Part shown: positions 23,300 to 36,232 of the stretch, one piece after another
Layout: each line of letters opens with the position of its first letter
Position numbering within the stretch: position 1 is the stretch's first letter
Assembly (NCBI GenBank): GCA_976226885.1
Contig: OZ320321.1
Coordinates: forward strand, 52,390,001 to 52,454,000
Reading direction: 5' to 3'
From: Iphione sp. A-MEVVRFRX5
Taxonomy: Eukaryota
Length of the DNA stretch: 64,000 nt
The notes under the pieces: generated by a model
Database searches by the model: none
What the model saw: only the letters and a program-made list of their open reading frames with translations
Told to the model about the DNA's origin: nothing
Position numbers and translations under genes: made by a program

Positions 23300-24400
23300 A
23301 GATACATCTGCGGTAGGTCAGCTGAATCCGAAGTGAGTGTTGTGACCTTCTCTGGAAAAGCTTTTTTTCCTTCTACTTAACAGTCCAAGTTGCAAGATCA
23401 TAGTCACGCATTCACAGTAATAGAATGTAGCCCTGTCTTTGTCTTCAAGTCAGATTTATTTCTGTACACCGCAATAAGGTCATGTGATGTCTATCCAGAC
23501 ATCTGAACGGTTTGCTTAACATTTGCTCGCGCGTTTGTAACAAACTTTCAGTTTACTAGGATATCAAACCTGCATGCTGAGATTGATGCTGCTATCTTTG
23601 TTTTGAGTAGTCTTTGTTGGAGATCTTGAATTAGATACTGTTTTAATTTCCTAAATTTCGGAGTTGATCCTTTTATGCTCACACCTAACGTATAGGTTTC
23701 ATAATTGTTGATTCAGGGATGCACTGGAAAAATTGTACATTGAAGATAGAGTCATATTGACAACTGATTTGCCAGTGTCCAAAAGCAAATAATGAAGGGA
23801 CAGTGATCCATGTGAATAAAACTGTCTGTTTGGTTCAGTAGCTGTGACTGAGAAGCGACACAGCTTCACGAACCCCTTGAACAGCCTAGCAGAGGTAATT
23901 TTCACTAAAATCCAGACATCAATATTGCAAACCCATTACTTAATTAACGCACGGATATCCTGCTGCGCTGCACCATGGGACTAGTGATAGAAATTAAATG
24001 AAGTCCTTGTCCACACGGTAAAGTTTTGATTCAGGCTACATGAAATTAACTCCCTCATTACCTCCTTTGTATAGCTTAACCTTGGGTTTTCAGCTTGCAC
24101 GTCCTTTGTTATCATCCTTTTAGAAACGTGATCCGTAACAGGAAGAATACGCAATGTAGTTCCATGTGGAAATAGACTACTAACAGCAGAGCATGCTGGA
24201 AATGTGAATCTCTTAATACGGAGTTATGTAAGCGGCGTTTCTTTTGTGCTCAGTCCATACATGTAGAAATAATCCTCCGCGATTACATAGTAGACAGACT
24301 TAATGCTTTACCTTCAATATACTGTCCAAAAGCTAAACCAAGCACGTCTGGCCAAAACTATAACAAGCTGGATACATTCACGTAACGGTAGCCGTTTATT
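23300..24400 (-). pseudogene. Decayed DNA-transposase-like ORF
   Basis: Minus-strand CLDFSENYLC...KQTVLFT resembles the DFxENY...Q...HW...QxTL motif that I recall from a widespread invertebrate transposase family. There are many stops. Confidence 0.45.
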
Positions 24401-24629
24401 TGCGGGCACTGTCGACATTCATATATTATAAACTGTGGATCATAACATGCCCGTAAACTACATACCTCACACCACACTGTATAACTGGCGTCATCAGCCC
24501 ACTTAGCAAATGCACGTTTATGTTCATTCTTTGCCTGGATTTCTGTCTACTGGCTTTTCCTGTACGCATGTATATTTCAAACGATGTCATGACAAACCCT
24601 AATTGCCTTTCGGGTTTCACCGGGCTTAA

Positions 24630-24799
24630 CCTTAGCTTACCCGGTGCTGGTTGATAGTGCTGGTAGCATTTGAAGCATTCATCGTGTGAGGAGGGTTCGA
24701 ATTCCTCTTAGTTGTTATCTTCAATCCTATAGCTATCTGGATAAACCTCGAAATTGAAAGATTGCTTTTACTACTCACCGCAATTGCAATGCAGTATTT

Positions 24800-24830
<31 letters not shown>

Positions 24831-24841
24831 AAGAAGAAGAA
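24630..24841 (+). mobile_element. SINE-like element with B-box and (AAG)~13 tail
   Basis: GGTTCGAATTCC near 24693 and a pure AAG microsatellite at 24801-24841. Confidence 0.5.
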
Positions 24842-25844
24842 ATAATCCTCCAATATGCACCCCGTGTAGCTTCTCGCCTGCCGACAGGTGCACGTATTGA
24901 TCACCTTGCCTCACACATCAAAGCAGGTCACCACGAAGCTCTGATGTTGGAACGTTAGAGCGAAGAAATGGGTGGATATAAGGGACACGGGGGTATCATG
25001 AACGGCCTTCAGTTGGACATTGCCAATGACTATTAAGCAGCAGCGCTTACACCTAGGTACTATTTCGAAGGTTCAGTCGTATATAATGATTATACATGTA
25101 CACGCATTTACAGGAATCCTTTAAGGTATTCATGTAAACCATTTTCCCCAAAATCACCTCGAATCATTCCACATAAACTCTATGATATACTTAAAACGTA
25201 TCTAATGGCATCTCTGAGTTGGTATCAATCATTATTATATATATGTGCCTTGCATGTGGAAGACAGTTCTAAAACGTTACTCTTAATATCAAGTAAATTG
25301 TCGCCTTTAGAGAAACGCAAGATGTATTTTGTAATGAAACTGCATGTACATGTACATGTATATATAAAAAGGCAGTTTTGATCAATTCATGGGATTTCAT
25401 ATGTAATTGAGTTTGAAATGATAATAATTATAGTGACTTAATGGACGGTTTACTTTCATAGTTCATAGTTCACTATATATTTTTAGAATCAGTTCAGTTC
25501 AGTTAAAGTGGTGTCCCTTAATGAACCCGAATTCCTAACATGAAAACCTCGTTGTTTAAATCTAGTAACGGCTATTCTTCGTTGACTTCTGCATACTTGA
25601 CTTTTACGAGTATGTCCATACATATTATTCTTAGTCTGTATTTATGTGGTGGGGAGAACGTAGAGAGTCTGGATGACAGCTACAACAGAGGATATTAAGA
25701 ATAAAGTCGCATGTGGATAGTGCGCGTTGGGATGGAAACAAAGAATTCAGACCGAAAGAATCAGATAGAGCAAAGGTAACTAATAAATACCCAGTAGAGA
25801 GAAACGATGGAATAAGACGGAGCAAAGTTCATGCAAAAACTTAC

Positions 25845-25940
25845 CGGTCGGGGCTACCTCGTTGGCGAGTCTGTGCCTTTCCCAGCAGTCGCGCTCTATA
25901 TATACCAGAATTGCAGTGCCGGGGTCAAAGAATGAGGTCA
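25845..25940 (-). promoter_or_regulatory. Probable GST core promoter and short non-coding exon 1
   Basis: TATATATA at 25897-25904 and strong donor gtaagt at 25844, about 50 nt downstream. The GST ATG exon has its own upstream acceptor, so an earlier exon is required. RGGTCA half-sites at 25922-25927 and 25935-25940. Confidence 0.6.
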
Positions 25941-27136
25941 CCAGATCCTCCAACTGCCGGGGGGTGATCGTGATGTCTTCATTACAGAGCCGCAAATAGC
26001 TCTTCACTTAGCAACAGACAACAGCCGGTATCATTCACAGTCAGCCACCTTCGTTGTTAAGGGAAACAATATCATCGAACGTACAAAAGGAAGCAAATAA
26101 TGCATGAACCATGCGGCGAAATAGGCAATCCGATCGGCGGTTTTTTTTTTTTTTTGGGGGGGGGGGGATTGGACACCGTCACCGATACGGGAAGGAAATA
26201 TTAAACGAAAAGGTGAAGTATAGTGATCTGTGTGCATGTAATTGTCATCAAAAGTATCCTGCACATATTGATCACTTGCATGTCCATATGGTAGTGAGTA
26301 TCATTGGGTTCGTTCTGAGGTTGTTTCATTGATCCATGCCTCCATGTCTACCTGTTCCGCCCCATTCCCCAAGGGTTGATCTACTACATCTGCACAACCT
26401 CCAGCTATGTCAGCTTAGTCATACAAGTAGCTTCAGTTATGATCTACATCGATGGGCTAGTGAGGCATCAAATATTGGAGGGGACCTGAATTATTAGAAA
26501 CAGTTGCTAATGCTCCATCAAAAAGTACATCAGTGGTGTTTTGGGGAACTGTAATGCACTACCCATAATGCAAATCTAAACGGTCGCTGTCAGAAACTAA
26601 TTGGTCAATTTGCTTTTATTTTTCATAAGATTGTATCAGTGGATGCATGGTCAAGTTGACACTTTCGTGCGCGTAATCTTATTTTGGTTTAGAGGAAATA
26701 AATAGTCCTATTTTTAAACTGCATGTACACTGTACATATGTTCCTAAAGAGCGTTCATAATACGAAGTGAAGCTATCATAATAAGATTATCCGGTTTTCA
26801 ATGAAGGGCAACTGACACTCAGCATATTATTTATGGCTGATGGAACGTGCATAGTCCACATTATTAATGCCTAGGTGAGTTCAAAGGCACCATTATCAGG
26901 TATACTCTTAGATCCATTCAGAGGCAACTACATGTGCCAAATATTCCCTATCACCTCAGCATATTAGCCTCATACAAAAGGTGTATGAAGGCCATGACTT
27001 GATCTATTGTATCGAGACATACGCTCTCCTGTTGGCATTGGTCAAAAGTGACAGTTTTGCTACTGGCTGCAAAGCTATGATTCTACACTCAATTCCCATT
27101 GTATGTTTTATCGGTGTAATCTAGTGTACATGTAAA

Positions 27137-28719
27137 TGTGAAGTTCGCGTTGCCACAGTGGCACGCAGGGATTCACTTTCCCTCGGGATCGCAATGGGGT
27201 AAATGTAAGAATAGAGTACCTCTGGTAAAGGACTACTTTCAGGTCCTGCACTTCCTTCTTCTCCTTCTCCCTCTCTTTGATCCGGAGGCTGGTTCCAGTC
27301 TCGGATCACAATCTGATGTCTTTCTTCTCTTTCCCCAGCAGGGCTCAATAAAGTTGTAGTTTCCCCAACAGGCCTCAATAAAGTTGTAGTTCTGTCAGGG
27401 CATTCTGTGTTGGTGTACTTTTTCGTGTTGGTAAAGACACTTTCAACAATTGGTATCATGCAGTGGAAGGGAAATGACAAGGAGTCCTGGTGTACAGTTT
27501 CCAGAGGGTTTTATTCTGAGCACATCAATGGGATGATGCTCTCCCCCTCCTGACAGCACAAGATAATACAGTGGATACGTGGCAGACTTAACTCACTGGG
27601 GATGAATGTTGGGCTTAGGAGTCAGACCAGAATCTCTACCTTGCAGTCCCAGGCAGGAGAGCTAGAGTCCATGTAGTAGATGAAGGAGAGGGCCCAGGTT
27701 GGCCCTTGGCAGGCTGGGTGGCTGAGAGCCGGGCTGGCTGACTGGCTGCCTGGAGAAGACTGAAGGCTTGAAGGCTTCTGGGGGGCAGGAGAGCCCTGGT
27801 CTGATCTCGGTCGCCGTCTTCAAGTGTGGATCCCAGGAGTGAGACACCCAGGGGAGGTCTGCCTGCTCCTTATATCCTACCCTGTCCCTAGCTACTCTCT
27901 TCCTATTGGCTGAGGGATGGACTGCTCTGATTGGCCAGTTGGGGAGGAAGGGCTTCTCTGATTGGCTCGCATAAGTAAGCACCCCATGCCTGAATGCCAG
28001 AGGATCAAAGAAATTCTTGGTGGATATTAAATGAGGGCCGTAAACCGGTCATAAACCGAAAAGGCAATAAACTTTGGACTCAAGGTAGGGCTATAAACCA
28101 CTCATAAACCGAAAAGGCAATAAAGTTTGGACTCAAAATCATAAAGCCTGGTGCTGCCCGGGGAGCATGAAGGCAGAAGGGGGCCCAGGTTCTTTGAAGC
28201 GGCCGACATCTGGTTTTGGGTCATAAAAATGGAGGATTCTGTTGTGGTGTGTTAGCTCCCTTTGGCTGGGGTCCTAAAAAGGTAGGAATCCTTCTGATCT
28301 GCTTACTACCTTGAAGCTAGGTCGTAAAAAGGGAGGAATGTCTTGAGATCTGTTAGCTCCCCTAGCCTGGGTCATAAAAAAGTAGGAATTTGTTTGATGT
28401 GCTTGCTACCTTCTGGCTGGGTCATAACAAGGTAGGAATTTCTTTGATCTGTTTGCTACCTTCTGGCTGGGTCATAAAAAGGGAGGAATTGCTTTCACCT
28501 GTTAGCTCCCTTTGGGTTTGGGTCATAAAATGGTAGGAGTTTCTCTGATCTGTTTAACTACATTCTTGAGGGGAGTATTGGTGTCTCTGGAGTGGGAGGG
28601 GGGTGTATGTGTGTTTGTGTGTGAGTGTATGCCAATGAGTTGGCGCAAAGGGCCCAGAGAGGGTTTCAGTCTGTTTTTGTATGGGAAAATCGATTTTCGA
28701 GGGAGTTGTTGATCTAACA
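27137..28719 (-). mobile_element. Long solo LTR B (1583 bp), 4-bp TSD TAAA, related to LTR A
   Basis: The minus strand starts TGTTAGATCAACAACTCCCTCGAAAATCGAT (LTR A: TGTTAGATCAACGACTCCCTCAAAAATCAAT) and ends ...ACTTCACA. TAAA at 27133-27136 and 28720-28723. CCAAT x3 (27961, 27930, 27905), ATATAA at 27870-27875 and AATAAA at 27510-27515. Confidence 0.92.
28050..28560. repeat. U3 tandem repeats of LTR B (2 x 53 bp, then 7 x 50 bp)
   Basis: A TCATAA-like anchor recurs at 28221, 28272, 28322, 28372, 28422, 28472 and 28523. A 34-bp near-identical pair sits at 28050 and 28103. Confidence 0.85.
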
Positions 28720-29929
28720 TAAACAGCATGGTCGATTTTATGTACCAGAATTTAATCACCCCCGACCCACCAGCCAAATTAGCAATATTTCTCTGAACTT
28801 GGATTTCCCGATTCCCTGGACAATATGAAGCGTTTTAGGACGATTTATCCAGATAAGAAGTAATAATCCTGGGAGAGTTTCTACTTACATATCTTTTATA
28901 TTATTTTGGAACAAATAGATGCTGTAAGATTATTTAACATGAATAGTTAAATGTATTATAGTATCGCTTTTATTCGGATTATAGAGAAGCATTGCATGCA
29001 AAAAACTATTTCACTCTCTCTCATGTTATGGTAAAGCCATAGTTTGATGTATGAATAATATGAAGTGACATCCAGCAGGTATTGTGGATCAGACCTTGTC
29101 ACTATGTGACTATATGCTGAACAATTAACTACATATTGTAACGTGTCTATCGTTGGTATAAGCTTTGGTAGCCAACAGAAACTATGTAATGATTTTAGTA
29201 AAGATAAACGAATAAGATTCACTCCAAACACAGTGAAATAGTTGTGCATGAAATGGTCTCTCTCAAAGGAGCTAAGAGAAAGGGTCTGTTTATTCCAGAA
29301 ACACATGGGTTTATATATGACAATGTTACATAAGAGTTGCTAAAAATAGGATGTCTAGACATACATTACTGGGCATTAAATAAACAATCCGTAAGGTACC
29401 TCTACTACGCAGTGTCTATACAAGTCTGCTAGGTGTCACGGATTTCACCTTATCACGGATCGCGGATTCTGTCACGGATCGCTCTCACGGACTGCCAAGC
29501 CTTTAAGCACTATACACTCTTGTTACATGCACACTACAATATCTTAGTGCTCACTTGTGTACGGATGAACCTAAGGTGACAATAGGATCAATGCAAGGTT
29601 AAGATATGATCTCTAGAGGTCATTTGCTGACCTATGGGTCACATTTGAATATTTGTCGACTGGAATATAAAAATATTTGCGGATTGGAATATAAAAACTG
29701 CTTGTTAATTTTTCATAAAAACTGTTTGTTAAATTTTGCATGAGGCCTGCTGGACAAATGTTTTGCTGATACGCATATTGTGCAATCTTTCCTGCAATGA
29801 AAGATGTATCAATGAAGGAAACCGGTGCAGTGCACTCTTTAACCTGTTACAGCGGTATCAGAATTATATACACATTGAACAAATGGTGATGCCTTTGAAA
29901 AGAGTGGCTGACATTGACTGAGATTTGCA

Positions 29930-30380
29930 CCTATCTGACAAACCTCCCTGCACCTAACCGCACAGATGAGACTATAGAACAACCTCTAAGAACCTTCAAT
30001 TGGAAATGCCCCCACCCCCTCCAACCACTGGCTATCACTAGAGACCTGGAGACTGCACATTATTTCCGCAGACTTAACAGGACAGGCTCAGCCACCCATG
30101 GCAAGCAGGACCAGGCCATACATAAAAACACATAATTCAATCAAGAAACACTGCAGTGTCCACAAAAGTAACATCGAAAGAGATAGACACTGCAGTGGCA
30201 AGACACTTCAATCCCTGCCTCAAATCAATCCCTAAAGGGGTGGGAGGCATGTAAATAGCCGTAGTTGAATTCTATCACTCAGCAGTATCAGAAGTCAAAT
30301 CTATAAGAGAAAAGCTACAACGGAGATTGATACACTGAACAGTAATCCCAAAACACCAAATCTTGTTTCTCCAACCCCCT
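29930..30380 (+). mobile_element. Decayed Penelope-like GIY-YIG remnant
   Basis: TAVARHFN matches the xVAxHFx motif of Penelope-like endonucleases. The surrounding frame is broken. Confidence 0.4.
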
Positions 30381-32341
30381 ACAGGAGAAAGACTTGGTCT
30401 TTCTATGCTCAAATGACCAAGCAGTGACACCATGCACATGACGGTGCTACTCCAACCATCTTAGGTTCTATAATATTTACGATCACAAAGAAAACCAAAT
30501 TAAAGTTCAAACGTTAGAAGTAAATATATTCAGTGCACATAAATAGGTATACACTGACATTTAGACAGAAAACATACCAGTTCACATTTTATGTTACATA
30601 TTATAAATAATTGATAACTATCAACAAACCAGGGATATTATTGACACAAGAGCTTCTCCTACAAGATTAATTGACTGTGTTCCGTCCCGAGGCATAAAAC
30701 CAGTAAAGTCACAAAAAGAAGTAGAACATTTCTGAACACAATGGACATTTGGGATCTAAAAGTGGTCACAGGAACATTGATATCATATGCATCTTACGGT
30801 TTCAATTAATAGTCAAAGACGCTTACTTGGAGTTCACTCGCTTCATTCTAAAGAGATGCAAGTGCATGCTGACATGAATATGTCTTTAGGAGTACCGAAG
30901 CCCTCTGTAAACCAATGCCTCCACTCTCCACTCTGGACCAAGTCTTACACTAATTGCTAGTATATGAGAATTTTTTAGTCTGCTCTTCATCGGACTTTCT
31001 TCTCTTTTTTGTAGGTTAACTGTAACATTCTCCTCTTTGTGACCTTCACATACTCACATAAAGCCTATCTTCGCCTGTTTTAAGCAGTAACTTGCATTGA
31101 AAAGGGGAGTCTCTATGGTAGTGCTCCCTGCTTTCATGTTGTATTCATCTGTCTCATGGAACAATTCGTGGTCTATGAGGAGTACATGCCGGAAATGATT
31201 CTAAAGGCAGATAGAATTTGAATTGTCCTTTGTTCTTCAGTCTGCTTTCAACCTGTCAGACCTACACTTTTGACTTCCTAGAGCGAAATTCGAACGAGAT
31301 CAATTTCAAGATTATTGTCATTTGATGAATAAGATGTGTAAATATTGGCGATAGCAGACGATCTTTCAGAATCAAAAAAGCATGTGCAGAATGGTAATTT
31401 AATATGATATTGGCGAATATTTTCGTTTCAAAGGCAAAGTAACACAAATAGATTGGGAGGACATGCAAGAAGATGAAGGTATGTATAACGTATTTCCAAA
31501 ACTAAAGAAATATACTGTAGCAGATGCACATTATCGGACTAGGGATCCAACATTGCGATCTGACCAGAATATCTGATAGTTGAAGAATCCGATAAGAGGT
31601 TGTTTGATGTCAGATGTAGGAAGGTATTGCAAAATGATTAAATGCATTGTGTCTATTGGTCGATGTTTACATCCAGATATTATGTAAGCCACTAGGGCTC
31701 TGTGTATATAAAGGACACAATCTTTCTGAGTAAACAGACAGTCTCTCTTTACACCTAGAGAGAGTTACACCCAGCAGAAATCCTTCAGTGGAGTGAACCA
31801 GATTTCCTTGTGTTGGAGTTGATTCTTGCCTAAAGATCTCTGTCCTTCTGGCAATTCGCCTGAGCCTCTCAACTATTCACGTGTTACAATACCTTAAAGT
31901 ATATCTGTGAAATAGTAAAATACACAGATGATTTTATCTCAAAATAATAAATGTAAACCTTTAATAATAGAAAAGCAACCTAAATGCAGATTATACATGC
32001 CAGAACACAAGAAGTATATAAGATGAAAAATATTTGTTTATCACAGGTAACAGAACTCCAATAGACTAACGTGTTTAAAATTCCGGAAGAAATCAAACCA
32101 CTTAAATGCAATAATTACAGGAAATGATTGTATATGGTTGCATATAATTATTAAAGTGGGTCGGTTACATGATTAAAACCATCCCTGCTTGGTCTCTGTT
32201 TTCCTACAACCACCCCCCTTATTTCACATATTTCGCTGATCGTATTTGGTGGGTCTGTTGGTCCCTCGGATTTTGGATGCGCGTTGCCCTCCTGTCGCCC
32301 TCAGATGTCTCCATACCTCAACAAGTCAAACCCTTCAGTAT

Positions 32342-32412
32342 TACAACACCTCACTATAGCAGGCATAAACACTTGGTACCAAGAAATGTCATTATAGTGA
32401 GGTTTTACTGTA
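32342..32412. mobile_element. Small pogo/Tigger-like MITE
   Basis: CACCTCACTATA...TATAGTGAGGTTTTACTG|TA inverted ends. Confidence 0.55.
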
Positions 32413-33779
32413 TACTTTCTCCCGCTGTGCGGGGGACTCAGACGCACCAGTTGTCGATGCCACACATCGCCTAGATGATTTCATGCACTTTACAGAATGC
32501 CCACCAGTTTTAGTATTGCCTTGTATACCCTATTTCTGAAATAATAGATCAGTTTTTCAAGGGAATTTCATGCTGATTTTCTGGCCTCACTTTACCATCG
32601 TTACTCATTCGGTAAAACAACAGTAACAACTGGCTTGCTCTGGACATGTCCTTGTTCGTGGTTTTATGTCAGCTGTCACCCAGCCACAGATGGTATGTTC
32701 TTTTGCCCTGTTCGTCTATAGGTCGCAGGCATTAGGGTTCTTTGTACCGGCTTTGACAGTCGCTCTATCGCTGGTTCATCTTCAGGAAGCAGGCCCAAGG
32801 TGAGAGAGGTGGAGCTGTTGGTAATAGCGGTTGCAGGGCATCGGAATTCCTTTCACCTAATGCCTGGTAGGATCCTGTGACCACTTCTAAAGGCAATTGC
32901 TTGTTCATCACGTTCTACATTGTTTAGACGGTTGTAACAAATTACCTCACCTCTGTGGCCCATATGTATTCCTACCTTCCATATGGCAGCCTAAATGCAC
33001 ATTCTATAAAGATATGCGTCTAAGGTATGTACACCAGCTGCATGCTGTAATAGATATCGCTCATTTGTTCAGGAAGATGGCGCAAGACCCTCCACAAGTC
33101 TTGAAAAATTAAAAATACGCCTAGTGTGGGTAGGTACAGTAAATTGCCTTACCATGCTTGGATTTGGTGTATATTTAATGGCCCCAGTGATAGTTTTGGC
33201 CGATGTCTGTGATAAATGATATTGTAGCCGAGCTCACCGTAGGCAGATCTACCGGAACCTTTTGATTATACTCCGCCCAGAGTCAAAGTTACTGTATACA
33301 TTGCGCCCGGGCGGAGCATCATTGTGATTCATTCCTTTACTGTTCAGCAATAAACTTGGAAACTCTATTCAGTGTCATGCCACTTCATTTGGGGCGAACA
33401 ATATATTCCCTTCCACTGGCATCTAACCCAGTGTCTTGATAGATGACTGTACTGCCCAAGAGTTGCTTAAAGTCCTCATGCGTTATTATAATATCAGCTT
33501 GTATGCTTTTGCACGCGCATACCGTCTGCGATTAGTTCCTTTCGTTGTGCGTCAAGGACATAACAAATGTGTTTAAGTTCAAGTTCAAGTTCTTTTATTA
33601 ACCTTCTCTATTCAATACAGAGATTTTCCAGATCAATTGGTTGGCTAGATTGTGCTATGCAAAAACAATGTAGCGACTGGAATAAATAAGGGATAACACT
33701 TAAGCCTGTTTCGGTGGGAATGTATACAATGGGAAGCTATCACAGGCAGCGGCATAATTCGACGGAATGACTAGGTGAT

Positions 33780-33912
33780 AGATACATAACGAGTGTGTGG
33801 CTGTACGTGAAATAATCCCACGGTTTTGCATGGGTGCATGAGGCGCAGCCGAGTGTATTCATGCAAAACTGTGCGATTATTTTATGTCAGCCACACACGA
33901 GCTTATGTATCT
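33780..33912. repeat. ~133-bp imperfect palindrome centred on GAGGCGCAGCCGAG, downstream of the Crypton ORF
   Basis: Arms AGATACATAA-GTGTGTGGCTG-AAATAATC-TTTTGCATG are mirrored on the other side. Confidence 0.88.
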
Positions 33913-34236
33913 CACTTTGTTGTTAGTGGAAGCTGTGAAAAACCGATTAGATAATACTTAGTAAGGGTCGCGCTGTTGAGTGAAGAGTGACACATACAGT
34001 TTAAAACTGGAAATGTTTATTTAAATAAATAAATGGTCGCAAATTCAATGCAATAGATGAAAAAATACAAAAATGATAAAAATAGTGTTTCAATAAATAG
34101 GAACAAATAAATCATATTGCATACATTTCATATTAAGCGATGCAGTTAAAAAAAGGCCTTAGATCACATTGCCTAAAAAATAAATAAATTTGGATACAAT
34201 TCGGATTAAGCGAGGTATTAAAAAAAGGTCATTAGT

Positions 34237-35995
34237 TCAAAGCTGCACAATTACCTTCTTGCCATCTTTAATGACCGATACAATTTTTACATTTCTGGGT
34301 ACAATGACTGTGAAGGTCTCTTCGTCAATTAGTTCTGCTCGTTTCTTCTTTCTATCCATTTCCCCCTGAGAAATAAATGCAGGTGAAGATACTGTCGGGG
34401 TAATGGACTGAGGGGTTGGAATATTGGATTGACATGGGACAGAGACGTCGGAGGAGGACGGCAAGGCTGGATTCGGTGGAATATTGGCAACCGGTGGGGT
34501 AGTGGGAGTAATTGTTTTGGGTGGAAGGGATTGTTTCGGAGTGACCGAAGTGGATGGGCATGGAGTAGGTACACTTGCAGTTGTGGTGGACGAGGTGTTA
34601 GATTTGGACACTTTAGGATGAGGGGGCTGGAGAGAGTCGCTGATTCGTTTTTCCAACTGAACTGAGGGACGTTTGTACAGGCGAACAGCGTTTGATCTGT
34701 GGCCACTGCGTGATGTTATTGCCTGGTCGTCAAAGTTTTTGTCATACAAGGTGGTACACAGAGTGACTTTACCAGAGTGGCCTGTGATATTGCGGCCCTC
34801 TGTACTAATGCCTGCCTGTTGAAACATAGCACTCATGTATCAAGACAGTTTGTTAATGCCAACATGTTGAACACTGAACACAATTGCGCCATTCACATTT
34901 TGCATCGGGCATCTATAGAATCGACCAGTAGGTGGAATATTTTCCAGGTACCTGGAAAACAACTTGAGGACACAACAGTCATTATCTGGCTGAGCATAAT
35001 GCTTGACAACTCTGGGACTAACTTTGGAACTGACTTTCCCTGTTACTGTCTTAGCCAAGCGGCCATTGAATTGAATATATCTGGAACCATCTGGTTCAGA
35101 GCCAAAGGTATATTGTTCCACTTGAAGGTTGGTGTGTTCGTCTTTGGCTCTGAATCCAAAAATCTTACAGTTATAATAGTAGACCGCATAGGATAGAGAC
35201 TGGGCGGTTTCAAATCCTATTACCCCGGAATCCCACAACTGTGTTTCGTCGTCGACGGTGACTGGTTCAGCTCGGTTTGGGTGGGCTCTGATTCCTTTTA
35301 CCAACAACACCGTGCGACGAGCATCGAGGGCATCACGAAAGGTTTTGAAGTTAATATCATCTTTTTTCAAAAGCCAGATGTGTGCCCTATGGAGCTCATC
35401 CCGTAGGTACCTTTGAATGCCAGCGGCGATGTTTGTCAAACTGCCTGAAATGAGAGATGACATTTTGAGTTCAATTGCCTAAGGGGATCCTTGCCTCTAA
35501 GAATGTAATGAAATTGAACTTACCAGGTGGATAATCCGTTCCGTCCTGCTTCCTTATCTCCATGATAAAACGTGAGAGCCAGTAGTCAAGAAGTGGTAAA
35601 TCGTCCATTTCTAGTGCTGGGACTGGCCATTGAGGATCTCGACGGGTCTCAAATTTGCAATTTCGCCATGTTCTCCACTCACGAAAAATGCCATGGGCCC
35701 AATTAGATGCGTTTTGTGTGTTTTTGGGTACCCGCTGCATTAAGGCATCCTGGAATTGACCCGGTGACTGTATGTGTCCAAATCATCCATCAAATGCATC
35801 AGACTGGACTGGGAATACATGAGTGTCGACTGGGTCTACTGGGTCAGCTTGTGAGTGAAATGTCCCCTCAAATGCATCCTTTTGGCCTGTGGGCATGTCA
35901 TCTTGAGAGGATTGAGATGCATAGTACGATCTCTCAAGTTCGTCAACTTGAGTGAGCAGATCGAGGTCCAAATCAAAATTGGGTATGTCCATCAC
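34237..35995 (-). pseudogene. Crypton-type (DUF3504/ZMYM-QRICH1-like) tyrosine recombinase, one 79-bp intron, two in-frame TGA
   Basis: VPKNTQNASNWA, YWLSRFIMEIRKQDGTDYPP|GSL (intron 35523-35445), GFRAKDEH, AKT, TGHSGKVT, SGHRS and YKRPS motifs. In-frame TGA at 35783-35785 and 34840-34842. Confidence 0.9.
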
Positions 35996-36077
35996 GGTGG
36001 TGAAATGAAGACTGCGACAATTCCGGTTAGGTTTGAATGGGGGTAATGAATATTCGAATCAGACATGTGGCCCTTCA

Positions 36078-36232
36078 GTAGGGGCATTGTTGTTGTTGTT
36101 ATTTGTTGAATTGGTTGTTTGGGACCGTGGTTTAAGTGAGATACATAATCTCGTGGGTAGGGGGACGGCATAGGGGCATTGTTGTTGTTGTTATTTGTTG
36201 AATTGGTTGTTTGGGACCTTGGTTTAATGTGA
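36078..36232. repeat. Direct repeat pair (~60 bp) upstream of the Crypton ORF
   Basis: TAGGGGCATTGTTGTTGTTGTTATTTGTTGAATTGGTTGTTTGGGACC occurs twice, about 91 bp apart. Confidence 0.85.

Noticed and set aside
24632-24904. Poly-Phe ORF
   Set aside because: It is the reverse translation of the (AAG)n microsatellite.
25950-26000. ITPRQLE resembling the MCM arginine-finger region
   Set aside because: Flanking residues do not match MCM and no other MCM exons were seen. The region fits a promoter better.
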